Source: an uncultured Muribaculaceae bacterium (GTDB lineage: Bacteria > Bacillota_I > Bacilli_A > RF39 > UBA660). Taken from it: 49,791 bases of DNA. This document shows, in pieces, positions 21,917 through 32,278 of the stretch (position 1 is its first letter; every line of letters begins with the position of its first letter). The notes beneath the pieces were generated by a model. It was given only the letters and a program-made list of their open reading frames with translations. It was not told the DNA's origin and did no database searches. Where the stretch lies: the NCBI GenBank assembly GCA_964465805.1, contig CAYXLG010000003.1:1-49791 (forward strand). The letters run 5' to 3'. The position numbers were made by a program, and so were the translations under genes.

Positions 21917-22622
21917 TTATCTATTAGGATATAAAAATTTAAAGATTTATCAAAATACTTCAATGTTTAATTTTTCTCTTGATTCAGTTCTTTTACCAAA
22001 TTTTGTAACAATCCCTGCAAGGACTAAAAAAATACTAGATATTGGCTGTGGTAATGCGCCAATATCTTTGATATTAACAACAAAAACAAAAGCTCATATA
22101 ACGGGTGTTGAAATACAAAAAGAAAGTTTTGAATTAGCACAAAAATCAGTAAAATATAATAATCTAGAAAATCAAATTAATTTAATAAATGATGATATAA
22201 ATAATTTATATAATACTTGGGAAAGTGATATATTTGATATAATTGTCTGTAATCCACCATTTTTTAAACTTAATCCTAATTCAAAATTAAATAATAACAA
22301 ATATAAAACAATTGCACGCCACGAAATTTCTTTAAATCTTGATAAATTAATGAAAATAAGTAGGAAGTTTTTAAAAAACAACGGTATAATAGCGATAGTT
22401 CATCGACCTGAGCGCTTAGTAGAAATTATAGAACAAATGAAAAAAAATAACATTGAGCCTAAAAAGATTCAATTTATATATCCTAAAAAAAACAGTACTG
22501 CTAATATATTATTAGTTGAAGGTCGTAAAAATGGAAATCCAGGCTTAAAAATATTATCACCAATATATATACACGAGGAAAGTGGAGAATATACACAAAC
22601 TATAAAAAAATATTTTGAATAG
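21903..22622 (+). CDS. SAM-dependent methyltransferase, YabB/TrmN6-like (tRNA m6A37 family)
   Basis: Motifs DIGCGNA and NPPF, with yabB-like synteny. The start is ambiguous between the TTG at 21882 (used by the track) and the ATG at 21903. Confidence 0.75.
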   Translation: MDVINYLLGYKNLKIYQNTSMFNFSLDSVLLPNFVTIPARTKKILDIGCGNAPISLILTTKTKAHITGVEIQKESFELAQKSVKYNNLENQINLINDDINNLYNTWESDIFDIIVCNPPFFKLNPNSKLNNNKYKTIARHEISLNLDKLMKISRKFLKNNGIIAIVHRPERLVEIIEQMKKNNIEPKKIQFIYPKKNSTANILLVEGRKNGNPGLKILSPIYIHEESGEYTQTIKKYFE

Positions 22623-22631
22623 AGGGATATT

Positions 22632-23480
22632 ATGTCTCAAAAAAGTTATAATGATACAGCATCTCTATATTTGATACCAACACCGATTGGTAATTTAGAC
22701 GATATAACATATAGAGTAGTTAAAACACTTAAAAATGTTGAAATAATATTTGCGGAAGATACTAGAGTAACTAGAAAATTATTAAATTATTTAAATATCA
22801 ATAAAAAAATAATATCTAATCACAATTTTAATGAAACAACTAATGGTGAAAAATTATTATATTATTTACAGAATGGCTATAATGTAGGATTAGTTACAGA
22901 TAGGGGAACACCGGTAATTAGTGACCCAGGTTATGAATTAGTAAAAGTTGCTATTGAAAAAAAATTCAATGTAATTGCACTACCAGGACCAACTGCACTA
23001 ATTCCAGCTTTAATAGTTTCAGGTTTAGAACCATCCCCCTTTTTATTTTATGGTTTTTTAAAGAATAAGGAAGAAAAAAGAAAAAAAGAATTAGAAAAAC
23101 TAAAAAAATTAGAGTTTACAATTATTTTTTATGAATCACCTCACCGAATTTTGCAAACACTAAATAATATGTTAGAAATATTTGGAGATAGAAAAATTAG
23201 CATCTGCCGGGAAATAAGTAAGAAGTTTGAAGAAATATACAGAGGAAAAATCAGTGAAATATTAAAAGAAGTAAGTAATATAAAAGGTGAATTAGTTATT
23301 GTTGTGGAAAAAAATAAAGAAAAAAATAATTTTAATTATTTAACTATAATTGAACATGTTAATTTATATATTAAAGAAGGAATTGACAAAAAGGATGCAT
23401 TAAAAAAGGTAGCTGAAGATCGTCAAATTAGTAAAAAAGAAGTTTATAAAATATATCATAATATTAATAAAATAAAGTAG
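22632..23480 (+). CDS. rsmI: 16S rRNA (cytidine1402-2'-O)-methyltransferase RsmI
   Basis: 282 aa with LYLIPTPIGNLDDIT and the tetrapyrrole-methylase fold typical of RsmI/YabC. Confidence 0.9.
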   Translation: MSQKSYNDTASLYLIPTPIGNLDDITYRVVKTLKNVEIIFAEDTRVTRKLLNYLNINKKIISNHNFNETTNGEKLLYYLQNGYNVGLVTDRGTPVISDPGYELVKVAIEKKFNVIALPGPTALIPALIVSGLEPSPFLFYGFLKNKEEKRKKELEKLKKLEFTIIFYESPHRILQTLNNMLEIFGDRKISICREISKKFEEIYRGKISEILKEVSNIKGELVIVVEKNKEKNNFNYLTIIEHVNLYIKEGIDKKDALKKVAEDRQISKKEVYKIYHNINKIK

Positions 23481-23488
23481 GTGAAATT

Positions 23489-24055
23489 ATGAAATTAATT
23501 ATTGGATTAGGAAATCCAGGCAAAGAATATGAAAAAACCAGACATAATGTTGGGTTTATTATGCTAGATAGTTTGTGTAATCATCTAAATATAGAACTAA
23601 ATAAGGAAAAATTTGGTGGAATCTACGGTGAGTTTTATCATAACAATGAAAAAATAATTTTATTAAAACCAAATAAATTTATTAATTTATCAGGAGAGGT
23701 TATTAAAAAATTTGTTGATTATTTTAAAATTGATATAGAAGATATATTAATAATTTGTGATGATTTAAATATAAATGTTGGTAATATAAAATTAAAGTAT
23801 AAAGGGTCATATGGAGGGCATAATGGTTTAAAAAATATTGAAATGCATTTAGGAACAAAAAATTATAAGAGATTAAAGGTTGGTATTTCTCAAAATAATT
23901 TAATCGATGTTCGACAATATGTACTAGGAAAATTTAGTGATGAAGATTATAAACAAATAAAAAAAATTGCAGAACAGTTCCCAAAAGTGATTAAAGATTA
24001 TTTAGAATTATCTTTTGTTGCTCTAATGAGTAAGTATAATAAAAAGCAAAAGTAA
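23489..24055 (+). CDS. pth: Peptidyl-tRNA hydrolase
   Basis: 188 aa with LIIGLGNPGKEYEKTRHNVGF and GGHNGLKN. Confidence 0.95.
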   Translation: MKLIIGLGNPGKEYEKTRHNVGFIMLDSLCNHLNIELNKEKFGGIYGEFYHNNEKIILLKPNKFINLSGEVIKKFVDYFKIDIEDILIICDDLNINVGNIKLKYKGSYGGHNGLKNIEMHLGTKNYKRLKVGISQNNLIDVRQYVLGKFSDEDYKQIKKIAEQFPKVIKDYLELSFVALMSKYNKKQK

Positions 24056-24067
24056 TGGTGGGGTAAG

Positions 24068-27000
24068 ATGAATAATTTTTTTAATATTGATCTAAAAACA
24101 GAAGTAATTATTGGATTAAATAAGGAATTAAAATGTTTATACACATATAATAGATTTGTTCAATCAGATGAATCTATTGTTTTTTTAGTTAATTCGTTGT
24201 ATGAAGCCACCAATATTTATCAAACTTTATTATATTATACAAAAGATGTATTATTATTTCCTATGGATGATTTTTTAACTAGTGAAGCATTTGCATTAAG
24301 TCCTGAATTAAGAATTACAAGACTAGAAACAATCCATTCTATTATTAATAATGAAAAAAAAATAGTTGTTACTAATTTAATGGGTTATTTACGTTACTTA
24401 CCAAACAAAAAGATGTTTATTGATAATAAAATAAATATTGAAATTAACAAAGATTATAAGATTTCAGATATTGTAAAACAATGTAACAAAATGGGTTATA
24501 ATCGTGAAACTATTATTAATAAAACAGGTGAGTTTGCGGTACGAGGATTTGTGTTAGATATTTTTCCAATTAATGAAGTAAATCCAATAAGAATAGAATT
24601 TTGGGGAGATGTTGTAGAATCAATCAGAATTTTTGATGTTGATACTCAAAAAACTATAAAAACAATCAATAAAGTAAATGTTTATGCAAATACTGAGTTT
24701 TTAGTAAATGAAGAAGTTGACGAAGATTTAGTCACTCAGAAGGACCTTGTTAAATATTTAAAACCAGTTAATATTTGTGATTATTTTAAAAACTGCAAAG
24801 TAATTGTGGATAATTATAATGAACTAGAAGTTAGTTATAAAATGCTACAGGAAGAAATATTTAATTATCAACAAAGTATAAATGTAACTAATGTAAAGTA
24901 TATGCATGATTTTTATGAGTTGAATTCTAATTTTTTATATTTAATGGAATTTGATAATGATATCTTAGAATTAAAAAACAAAAAAGTTTACAGTTCAAAA
25001 GATATTGAACCGTTTGGTAAAACTAAAGAATTAATAAATAATCAATTAAATAAATATTTATTAAAAAACAAAAAAGTAATCATTTGTATGTTTAATATAA
25101 ACTCAGTTAATAAATTACTTGCTGAATTAAAAAATTCAAATATTATTTTTACATCTATCGATAAAATAATAGATAATAAAATAAATATTATTATTAAAAA
25201 AATTAATAGCGGATTTCAATTACCGAGTCTTGTAGTCATTAGTGAAAATGAAATATTTAATAAGAAAAATGCTAATCAAAAATACAAATCACGTTTTAAA
25301 ATTGGAACAAAGATAAGTGATTTAACTAAAATTAGTATTGGTGATTATATAGTTCATGAAATTTATGGTATAGGTAGGTATTCTGGAATAAAAAAGGTAA
25401 AGAAAAATAATTTAGAAAAAGATTATCTATTAGTAGAGTATCGTGATAATGATAAATTATATATACCAGTAGAAAAAATAGAAACGATCAAAAAATACTC
25501 TACTAATAGTGGCTATAAACCTAGACTTAATAAACTCGGAAGTTCAGAATGGGCTAAGACAAAGTTAAGGGTGAAACAAAAAGTCGAAACAATTGCTTTT
25601 TCACTTCTAGAATTATATGCAGAACGTGAAGCTAGCAAAGGTTTTGCATTTGAGAAAGATGGTCCTGAACAACTAGAATTTGAAAAAGAATTCAAGTTTA
25701 CGGATACACCTGATCAGTCAAAAGTAACAGAAGAAATAAAAAAGGATATGGAAAAATCAATACCTATGGACAGAATTTTATGTGGTGATGTAGGTTTTGG
25801 TAAAACAGAAGTTGCTTTCCGGTCGATGTTTAAAGCTGTATTTTCTGGTAAGCAAGTGGCTATGTTGTGCCCTACGACAATTTTGTCTAATCAGCATTAT
25901 AATAATGCATTAGAAAGATTTAAATCTTTTGCTGTTAAAATAGAACTTTTAAATAGGTTTGTATCAACTGCAGATCAAAATAGAATAATATCTGATATTA
26001 AAGATGGAAAAGTAGATATTGTAATTGGTACACATAGGATTCTTAGCGATGATATTGTATTCAAAGACTTAGGACTATTGGTAGTTGATGAAGAGCAAAG
26101 ATTTGGTGTAAAACATAAGGAACAAATAAAAAAATACAAAACAAATATAGATGTTTTAACTTTAACAGCCACACCAATTCCACGAACTTTACAAATGACA
26201 TTTACAGGTATTCGTAGTTTATCAATGATTCAAACACCACCAATTAATAGGTATCCAATTCAAACATATGTAATGGCTTATAATAATCAAATTATTAAAG
26301 ATGCCATTTATAAAGAAAAGTCTCGTAATGGTCAAGTTTTTGTTTTATACAATAATATTGCAAATATGGCTTTAAAAGAGTTAGAAATTAAAAAATTAGT
26401 ACCTGATCTTAGAATAACATCTGCACATGGCAAAATGTCTAAAAGTGAATTAGAAAAAATAATGTTAGACTTTTATAATTATGAATATGATGTATTACTT
26501 TGTACAACTATTATTGAAACAGGTATTGATATTCCACGAGTAAACACTTTAATTATTGTTGATGCAGATCGTTTCGGGTTATCACAACTATATCAAATTA
26601 GAGGCCGTGTTGGTAGAAGTAATAAGGTGGCCTATTGTTACTTAATGTATGATAATAAAAAGATTTTATCCGAAATAGCTACTAAAAGATTAAAAGTTAT
26701 AAAAGATTTTACTGAATTAGGTAGTGGTTTTTCAATAGCAATGCGGGATTTATCAATAAGAGGTGCTGGAGATATTCTTGGTAGTGAACAAGCTGGATTT
26801 ATTGATACAGTTGGTATTGAAATGTTTTTAAATATGTTAAATAATGAGATAAAAAAATTAAAAGGTGAACAAGTAGAAAAAACAGATGAAAAAGAAACTT
26901 TACCTTTATTGGAAGTTGATACTTCTATAAGTGACAATTATGTAATTGAAGAAGAATTAAAAATTGAAATTCATACTATGATTAACTCTATTGATTCATA

Positions 27001-27355
27001 TGAAAAATTAGTAGAGGTTAAAAATGAGATAGAAGATCGCTTTGGAAAAATAGACGAAAAAATGCTTATTTATATGTATGAAGAATGGTTTGAAAAATTA
27101 GCACGAAAATTAAATATTACAAATGTAAAACAAACTAATAATTTTATTGAAATTGAAATTTCTGAAGAATTAACTAAAAAAATTACAATTCAAAAATTAT
27201 TTGTGGATGCTAGCAATATAAGTAAAATGTTTAGATTTGGAATGAAACGTAATAAACTATTAATTATATTAGATACTTTAAAAATAGATAAACATTTTAT
27301 TTATTACTTAATAGAACTCTTAATAATAATAGAAAAAGATTATATCAATAATTGA
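24068..27355 (+). CDS. mfd: Transcription-repair coupling factor Mfd
   Basis: 1095 aa with a CarD-like region (GDYIVHEIYGIGRY), the helicase motifs GDVGFGKTEVA and DEEQRFG, and a TRG region. Confidence 0.95.
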   Translation: MNNFFNIDLKTEVIIGLNKELKCLYTYNRFVQSDESIVFLVNSLYEATNIYQTLLYYTKDVLLFPMDDFLTSEAFALSPELRITRLETIHSIINNEKKIVVTNLMGYLRYLPNKKMFIDNKINIEINKDYKISDIVKQCNKMGYNRETIINKTGEFAVRGFVLDIFPINEVNPIRIEFWGDVVESIRIFDVDTQKTIKTINKVNVYANTEFLVNEEVDEDLVTQKDLVKYLKPVNICDYFKNCKVIVDNYNELEVSYKMLQEEIFNYQQSINVTNVKYMHDFYELNSNFLYLMEFDNDILELKNKKVYSSKDIEPFGKTKELINNQLNKYLLKNKKVIICMFNINSVNKLLAELKNSNIIFTSIDKIIDNKINIIIKKINSGFQLPSLVVISENEIFNKKNANQKYKSRFKIGTKISDLTKISIGDYIVHEIYGIGRYSGIKKVKKNNLEKDYLLVEYRDNDKLYIPVEKIETIKKYSTNSGYKPRLNKLGSSEWAKTKLRVKQKVETIAFSLLELYAEREASKGFAFEKDGPEQLEFEKEFKFTDTPDQSKVTEEIKKDMEKSIPMDRILCGDVGFGKTEVAFRSMFKAVFSGKQVAMLCPTTILSNQHYNNALERFKSFAVKIELLNRFVSTADQNRIISDIKDGKVDIVIGTHRILSDDIVFKDLGLLVVDEEQRFGVKHKEQIKKYKTNIDVLTLTATPIPRTLQMTFTGIRSLSMIQTPPINRYPIQTYVMAYNNQIIKDAIYKEKSRNGQVFVLYNNIANMALKELEIKKLVPDLRITSAHGKMSKSELEKIMLDFYNYEYDVLLCTTIIETGIDIPRVNTLIIVDADRFGLSQLYQIRGRVGRSNKVAYCYLMYDNKKILSEIATKRLKVIKDFTELGSGFSIAMRDLSIRGAGDILGSEQAGFIDTVGIEMFLNMLNNEIKKLKGEQVEKTDEKETLPLLEVDTSISDNYVIEEELKIEIHTMINSIDSYEKLVEVKNEIEDRFGKIDEKMLIYMYEEWFEKLARKLNITNVKQTNNFIEIEISEELTKKITIQKLFVDASNISKMFRFGMKRNKLLIILDTLKIDKHFIYYLIELLIIIEKDYINN

Positions 27356-27364
27356 TATAATCTT

Positions 27365-28987
27365 TTAACTTGATTTTATACTATTCATAATAATTGGAAC
27401 AATTTGTTTTTTTCTAGATAAACAATTAGGAATAAAAGTCCATTGTTCTAGGTTTGTTATTTTAAATGAATCGCTAAGAATTTCTTTTGCATCATTATTA
27501 AAAATTATATATGATCCTTTATTGAAAACATCGGTTATAAATATTGTAAACACTTTGTAATTTCCTTTTTTAGCATTATTATTAATTAATTCAATATATG
27601 TACTCAAATCCTTTTTAATATCAGTTGGATTTGTGGTAAATATTTGACCAATTCCAATTAGATAATCTTTAATAGTGAATTTTTTAAAATCGCTATATAT
27701 TATTTCTTGAGGAGTTTTTTCTTCTAAAGATGAAGCAGCGTCAAACATTTTTTTTGCAAGTTCAGCGCTATTAATATTAGCAATTTTACTTAATTTTTTT
27801 AATACATAAGCATCAATTTCTGTAGTTGTTGGCGATGTTAATAAAAGTGTATCGGAAATAATCCCCGCCAACATTAAACCAGCAATGCTTTTATCAATAT
27901 TTATATTATTTTCTTTGTAAAGTTGATAAATAATTGTATTGGTGCTACCTACTGGCATATTCCTAAAATTAATAGGTAATGATGTGCCAATTGATCCAAT
28001 TTTGTGATGGTCAACGATTTCTAATATTTCTGCTTCCTCTAATCCAAGCACGCTTTGTTCTGATTCATTATGATCAACTAAAATAACTTTTTTAGCACTT
28101 TTTTCTGACAAATCAGACAGATGAATAATACCTAAACATTCTCTTTGTTTATTAAGTACCGGATAATTACTATATTTAGTTTTATTTGCAACTTTGATAA
28201 AATCATCAACGTTGTCTAATTCATTAAAATATACAACATTTGTTTCTTTGTTAATAGTGTGTACATAATTGCATAAATGAATCATTTTAGCTACCTTAAA
28301 GGTATCATAAGGTGTTCTGATTATATTAACTTTATTCTTTTTTGCCAATTCAAGATGTTTATCTTTTATTATTGAATTATTAGTTAAAATAATTAATTTA
28401 GCCATATTATGTATTGCATATTCATGAATACTATGTCGATCTCCCATGATAAGTATTGAATTATTATCTATGGTTATATTATTAATAAAAGTTGTACTTC
28501 TATACGAAGGTACAATTATTTTTCCGTTTATTTCTTCATCGAATTTTAATATTTCTTTACCATCTAGGGCTTGAATAATATTATCGTAAGTTGTACACAT
28601 ATTATAAAAATCACCTTCAATATGATCCTTAGCAATATCCTTCATCGAAATTATACCCTTAAAAATTTTATTTTCATCAATGATAGGTAAATTGCTTATA
28701 AAGTTATTATTCATATAATTATAGGCAGTAAAAATTGATTCATTCATATTTAAAAAGTAATTTTTTTGATAATTTATATCTTTTATTTGTAGTTTTACAT
28801 CATTTAAATATTCTGGTTGTTCAAAACCAAAATAATCAAGCACAAATTTAGTCTCTGAATTTATATCACCAAGAACTCTTGGGGAAACATTTAAGCCTTG
28901 TTTAATTTTTAAATCAGCGAGTGCGATAGCAGCAGTTACACTATCCGTATCTGGTGATTTATGACCAAATATGTAAACTTTTTCCAT
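27365..28987 (-). CDS. ppaC: CBS-domain-containing family II (Mn-dependent) inorganic pyrophosphatase
   Basis: 540 aa with the DHH N-terminus FGHKSPDTDS, an internal CBS-type insert, DHN/DHHK and a DHHA2 C-terminus. The length fits a CBS-PPase. Confidence 0.8.
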   Translation of the reverse strand: MEKVYIFGHKSPDTDSVTAAIALADLKIKQGLNVSPRVLGDINSETKFVLDYFGFEQPEYLNDVKLQIKDINYQKNYFLNMNESIFTAYNYMNNNFISNLPIIDENKIFKGIISMKDIAKDHIEGDFYNMCTTYDNIIQALDGKEILKFDEEINGKIIVPSYRSTTFINNITIDNNSILIMGDRHSIHEYAIHNMAKLIILTNNSIIKDKHLELAKKNKVNIIRTPYDTFKVAKMIHLCNYVHTINKETNVVYFNELDNVDDFIKVANKTKYSNYPVLNKQRECLGIIHLSDLSEKSAKKVILVDHNESEQSVLGLEEAEILEIVDHHKIGSIGTSLPINFRNMPVGSTNTIIYQLYKENNINIDKSIAGLMLAGIISDTLLLTSPTTTEIDAYVLKKLSKIANINSAELAKKMFDAASSLEEKTPQEIIYSDFKKFTIKDYLIGIGQIFTTNPTDIKKDLSTYIELINNNAKKGNYKVFTIFITDVFNKGSYIIFNNDAKEILSDSFKITNLEQWTFIPNCLSRKKQIVPIIMNSIKSS

Positions 28988-29094
28988 TGTAACACTCCTT
29001 TCACGAACATTTTAAATTATATCATATTTATAAATTGGTGCAAGTATAAAATCTCCATAATTAGACAAAATATAAAAGAGAAAGAGAGGTAAAA

Positions 29095-29628
29095 ATGAAA
29101 AGCATAGGAATTGTCAGACGAATAGATGAAATGGGTAGAATAGTTATTCCTAAAGAAATTAGGAAAACATTGAGAATAAATAATAATGACAGTATCGAAA
29201 TATATATTGAGGATGATGATAAAATAATCTTGAAGAAGTTTTCACTAATGAAAAATATAAATGATTTTGCACAAAAGTTTGTAGACTCAATGCATACATT
29301 TGTTAAACATAACATTATTATAACCGATACCAAAGATATTATAGCAGTAGCGGGATTTAATAAAAAAGAATATTTAAATCAACCAATAAGTGAGGGCTTG
29401 GAAAAATCAATATTAAGAAGAGAAAACATTTTAGAAAAATACGAAAAAGATTATGAAATAATTAAAGGAAAAAAAGAAAAAGGTACTTACACATTAAGTA
29501 CTGTAATTACTAATGGGGATGCAGTTGGTTTAGTAATAATAACATCTACTAACGGGGAAGTTACTAAGGTTGAGGAAAAAGTTGCTAAAATAGCATCACA
29601 ATTTTTAGGAAAATATCTTGAACAATAA
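29095..29628 (+). CDS. spoVT: AbrB-family regulator SpoVT (stage V sporulation protein T)
   Basis: 177 aa. The SpoVT/AbrB swapped-hairpin N-terminus GIVRRIDEMGRIVIPKEIRKTLRI plus a GAF-like C-terminus closely parallel B. subtilis SpoVT. It lies downstream of mfd as in Bacillus. Confidence 0.85.
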   Translation: MKSIGIVRRIDEMGRIVIPKEIRKTLRINNNDSIEIYIEDDDKIILKKFSLMKNINDFAQKFVDSMHTFVKHNIIITDTKDIIAVAGFNKKEYLNQPISEGLEKSILRRENILEKYEKDYEIIKGKKEKGTYTLSTVITNGDAVGLVIITSTNGEVTKVEEKVAKIASQFLGKYLEQ

Positions 29629-29646
29629 TTATAATCGTGTTATAAT
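29618..29646 (+). promoter_or_regulatory. SigA-type promoter of the T-box leader (TTGAAC-17-TATAAT)
   Basis: Hexamers at 29618-29623 and 29641-29646 with a 17-nt spacer, read directly. Confidence 0.6.
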
Positions 29647-29659
29647 ATACCATAATTAT

Positions 29660-29880
29660 TGTTTAAAGATTATGAAGGAAAGATAAATATTGTTGTTTTG
29701 GTAGAGACTTTGTGCTTGGTGAAAACAAAGAAAGCATAATATTTTAAATGGTTCTGGAATTGTTTGATCGATATGTAGATTAAGCCGTATTCATGCGTTA
29801 AATGGTTAAGTGTATAACATTTGTTATAAATTAAGGTGGTACCGCGTAATCACGTCCTTAAATTGGATGTGATTTTTTTA
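29660..29880 (+). promoter_or_regulatory. T-box riboswitch leader, probable Met (AUG) specifier
   Basis: T-box sequence aaattaaGGTGGTACCGCG at 29828-29846. Terminator atcacgtcc/ggatgtgat plus T6 at 29849-29879. Stem I has an AG bulge gtAGAGAc and a distal loop ttGGTGAAAa. The candidate specifier is taaATGg at 29748-29750. Confidence 0.8.
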
Positions 29881-29894
29881 TTTGGAGGTATAGA

Positions 29895-30389
29895 ATGGCT
29901 AGAGGATTTGAAAAAATAAGTTTTCCACAGTTTTGTGTGGATATTTCTGATAATAAAGAAATTTATGAGGAATATAATTTACCAGCTAGAAGTACCAAAT
30001 ATAGTGCAGGTTATGATTTTTGGGCATTAGAGGATATTGTTATAAAACCTGGTGAAACAAAAAAAATCCCAACGGGAGTTAAAGTCTATATGAATCCTGA
30101 TGAGATGTTAATGTTGGTTGTTAGAAGCAGCATGGGATTTAAATATAATGTTAGATTATGTAATCAAGTTGGTATAATTGAGAGTGATTATTATAACAAC
30201 GCTTCTAATGAAGGACATATTTGGATTAGACTTCAAAATCATGGTAATGATAAATTTTTAATAAAAAAAGGAGATGCCTATATACAAGGGATATTTACAC
30301 AATTTTTGTTTGTTGATAATGAAGAAAAAATAGAAACAGAAAGGGCTGGTGGTTTTGGTAGTACCAGCAGAGGTGATAATAATGAGTAA
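29895..30389 (+). CDS. dut: dUTP diphosphatase (trimeric dUTPase)
   Basis: 164 aa with motifs RSTKYSAGYDF, GIIESDYY and a C-terminal RAGGFGSTSRG. Confidence 0.85.
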   Translation: MARGFEKISFPQFCVDISDNKEIYEEYNLPARSTKYSAGYDFWALEDIVIKPGETKKIPTGVKVYMNPDEMLMLVVRSSMGFKYNVRLCNQVGIIESDYYNNASNEGHIWIRLQNHGNDKFLIKKGDAYIQGIFTQFLFVDNEEKIETERAGGFGSTSRGDNNE

Positions 30390-31956
30390 GAAATTTAATA
30401 TTTATACAGCCATTGCTTATACATCTGGCAAACCTCATATTGGTAATACTTATGAAATAGTACTGACTGATGCGATTGCTAGATACAAAAGATTATTAGG
30501 ATATGAAGTATATTTTCAAACAGGAACAGATGAACATGGACAAAAAATAGCGGAAAAAGCTTGTGAAAATGAAAAGAGTAATCAAGAGTTTGTTGATGGG
30601 GTTGCATTAGAGGTAAGAAGAATTTGGGATACTATGAATACAAGTTATGACAAATTTGTTAGAACTACAAATTCAAATCATAAAGAAAAAGTTTCTAAAA
30701 TATTTGAAAAATTATACAAGCAAGGAGATATATATAAAGGCGTTTATGAAGGATTATACTGTACACCGTGTGAATCATTTTTTACTATTTCACAATTAGT
30801 TAATGGAAAATGTCCTGATTGTGGACGTGATGTAGTACCTACTAAAGAGGAAGCGTACTTTTTGAAATTAAGTAATTATGCTGAAAGATTAGAAGAACAC
30901 ATAAAAAATAATCCCGATTTTATTGTACCTGAAAGTAGAAAAAATGAAATCATAAATAACTTTATAAAACCAGGATTACAAGACCTTTGTGTATCAAGAA
31001 CATCATTTGATTGGGGAGTACCTGTGACTTTTGATGATAATCATGTTGTTTATGTATGGATAGATGCTTTAAGTAATTATATTACATTTACCGGATATGA
31101 TGTAGATGGTAACCATGAATCTAACTTTGAAAAATATTGGCCTGCAGATCTCCACGTTATAGGAAAAGATATTTTGAGATTCCATGCTATTTATTGGCCA
31201 ATAATATTAATGGCTTTAGATTTACCGCTTCCTAAACAGATTTTTGGTCATCCATGGCTTTTATTAGGAAAAGAAAAAATGAGTAAATCAAAAGGTAATA
31301 TTGTTTATGCTGATGATTTAGTTAAAATATTTGGTTTAGATCCGGTTAGATATTATATGTTAAGTCAAATTCCATATGCAAATGACGGAATATTTACATA
31401 TGAGTTAATAATTGATAAAACCAATGCTGAACTTGTTAATAATTTAGGAAATTTAGTTAATAGAACTATAAGTATGGCTCATAAATATTTCGATGGAGTA
31501 GTCCCAGAACCTAAAGAATTTCAAGAAATTGATGATAAACTTATTGAATATATCAATGAAAAACAAACTACTATAGATATAAAAATGAATGAATATAAGG
31601 TTTCTGAAGCTATAAATGCAGTATTTGATATATTCAATAGAACTAATAAATATATTGATGAGACAACACCTTGGATATTAGCTAAAAATACTGATGATCA
31701 TGATCGTCTAGCAACAGTTATATATAATTTATTAGAAAGTATTAGAATTGGTGCGATTTTACTATCACCATTTTTACCTGATGCAGCAGAAAGAATTTTT
31801 GAACAGCTTAATGTATCAAATAAAGACTATAAATTAATATTTGACTTTAGAGGTATTGTTCCTGGTATAAAATTAAATAATCCAGAGCCATTATTTTTAA
31901 GAATTGATAAGCAAGACAAACTTAAAGAAATAGAAAATTACAAAAATAATGCATAA
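30382..31956 (+). CDS. metG: Methionine--tRNA ligase (short form, no C-terminal tRNA-binding domain)
   Basis: HIGH-type motif KPHIGNTYE, a Zn knuckle CTPCE...CPDCG, and KMSKSKGN. The start MSKKFNIY at 30382 overlaps the dut stop (ATGAGTAA). The track start at 30349 is unlikely. Confidence 0.93.
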   Translation: MSKKFNIYTAIAYTSGKPHIGNTYEIVLTDAIARYKRLLGYEVYFQTGTDEHGQKIAEKACENEKSNQEFVDGVALEVRRIWDTMNTSYDKFVRTTNSNHKEKVSKIFEKLYKQGDIYKGVYEGLYCTPCESFFTISQLVNGKCPDCGRDVVPTKEEAYFLKLSNYAERLEEHIKNNPDFIVPESRKNEIINNFIKPGLQDLCVSRTSFDWGVPVTFDDNHVVYVWIDALSNYITFTGYDVDGNHESNFEKYWPADLHVIGKDILRFHAIYWPIILMALDLPLPKQIFGHPWLLLGKEKMSKSKGNIVYADDLVKIFGLDPVRYYMLSQIPYANDGIFTYELIIDKTNAELVNNLGNLVNRTISMAHKYFDGVVPEPKEFQEIDDKLIEYINEKQTTIDIKMNEYKVSEAINAVFDIFNRTNKYIDETTPWILAKNTDDHDRLATVIYNLLESIRIGAILLSPFLPDAAERIFEQLNVSNKDYKLIFDFRGIVPGIKLNNPEPLFLRIDKQDKLKEIENYKNNA

Positions 31957-32063
31957 AAGTGTAAAATGTTGTAAAATGTCTAATAATTTTTTTTGAAATT
32001 CTTTGTATTCTTCAGCACATTATGTTATATTATTTATGCTGAATAAAATGGAGAAAGGGAAAC

Positions 32064-32234
32064 ATGATTACTAAGGATAATAAAAAGATAAAGTGTGTAG
32101 CTGTTTGTTTTATTATTATATTACTACTCAACTTAGGAAGTATCCTTATAGAATTTAGTGTAATCAAGTTTATATACTTAATATCTACGGCTTTTGTTTA
32201 CACCAAACATGTGTATATAAATAAATGTCAATGA
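32064..32234 (+). CDS. Unannotated small hydrophobic protein (56 aa), function unknown
   Basis: Hand translation is MITKDNKKIKCVAVCFIIILLLNLGSILIEFSVIKFIYLISTAFVYTKHVYINKCQ. GGAGAAAGGGA lies upstream. The ORF is below the track size cut-off, and I recognise no homology. Confidence 0.35.
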   Translation: MITKDNKKIKCVAVCFIIILLLNLGSILIEFSVIKFIYLISTAFVYTKHVYINKCQ

Positions 32235-32278
32235 GAATTATACCTAATTATGGTATAATTTTTTTGTGAGGTGAAATA

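Noticed and set aside
27356-28987. The CBS-pyrophosphatase gene is inserted head-on between mfd and spoVT, which are adjacent in Bacillus. It might be a marker of a mobile insertion.
   Set aside because: There are no flanking repeats, integrase or compositional contrast visible. It is a housekeeping enzyme, so I treat this as an ordinary rearrangement.
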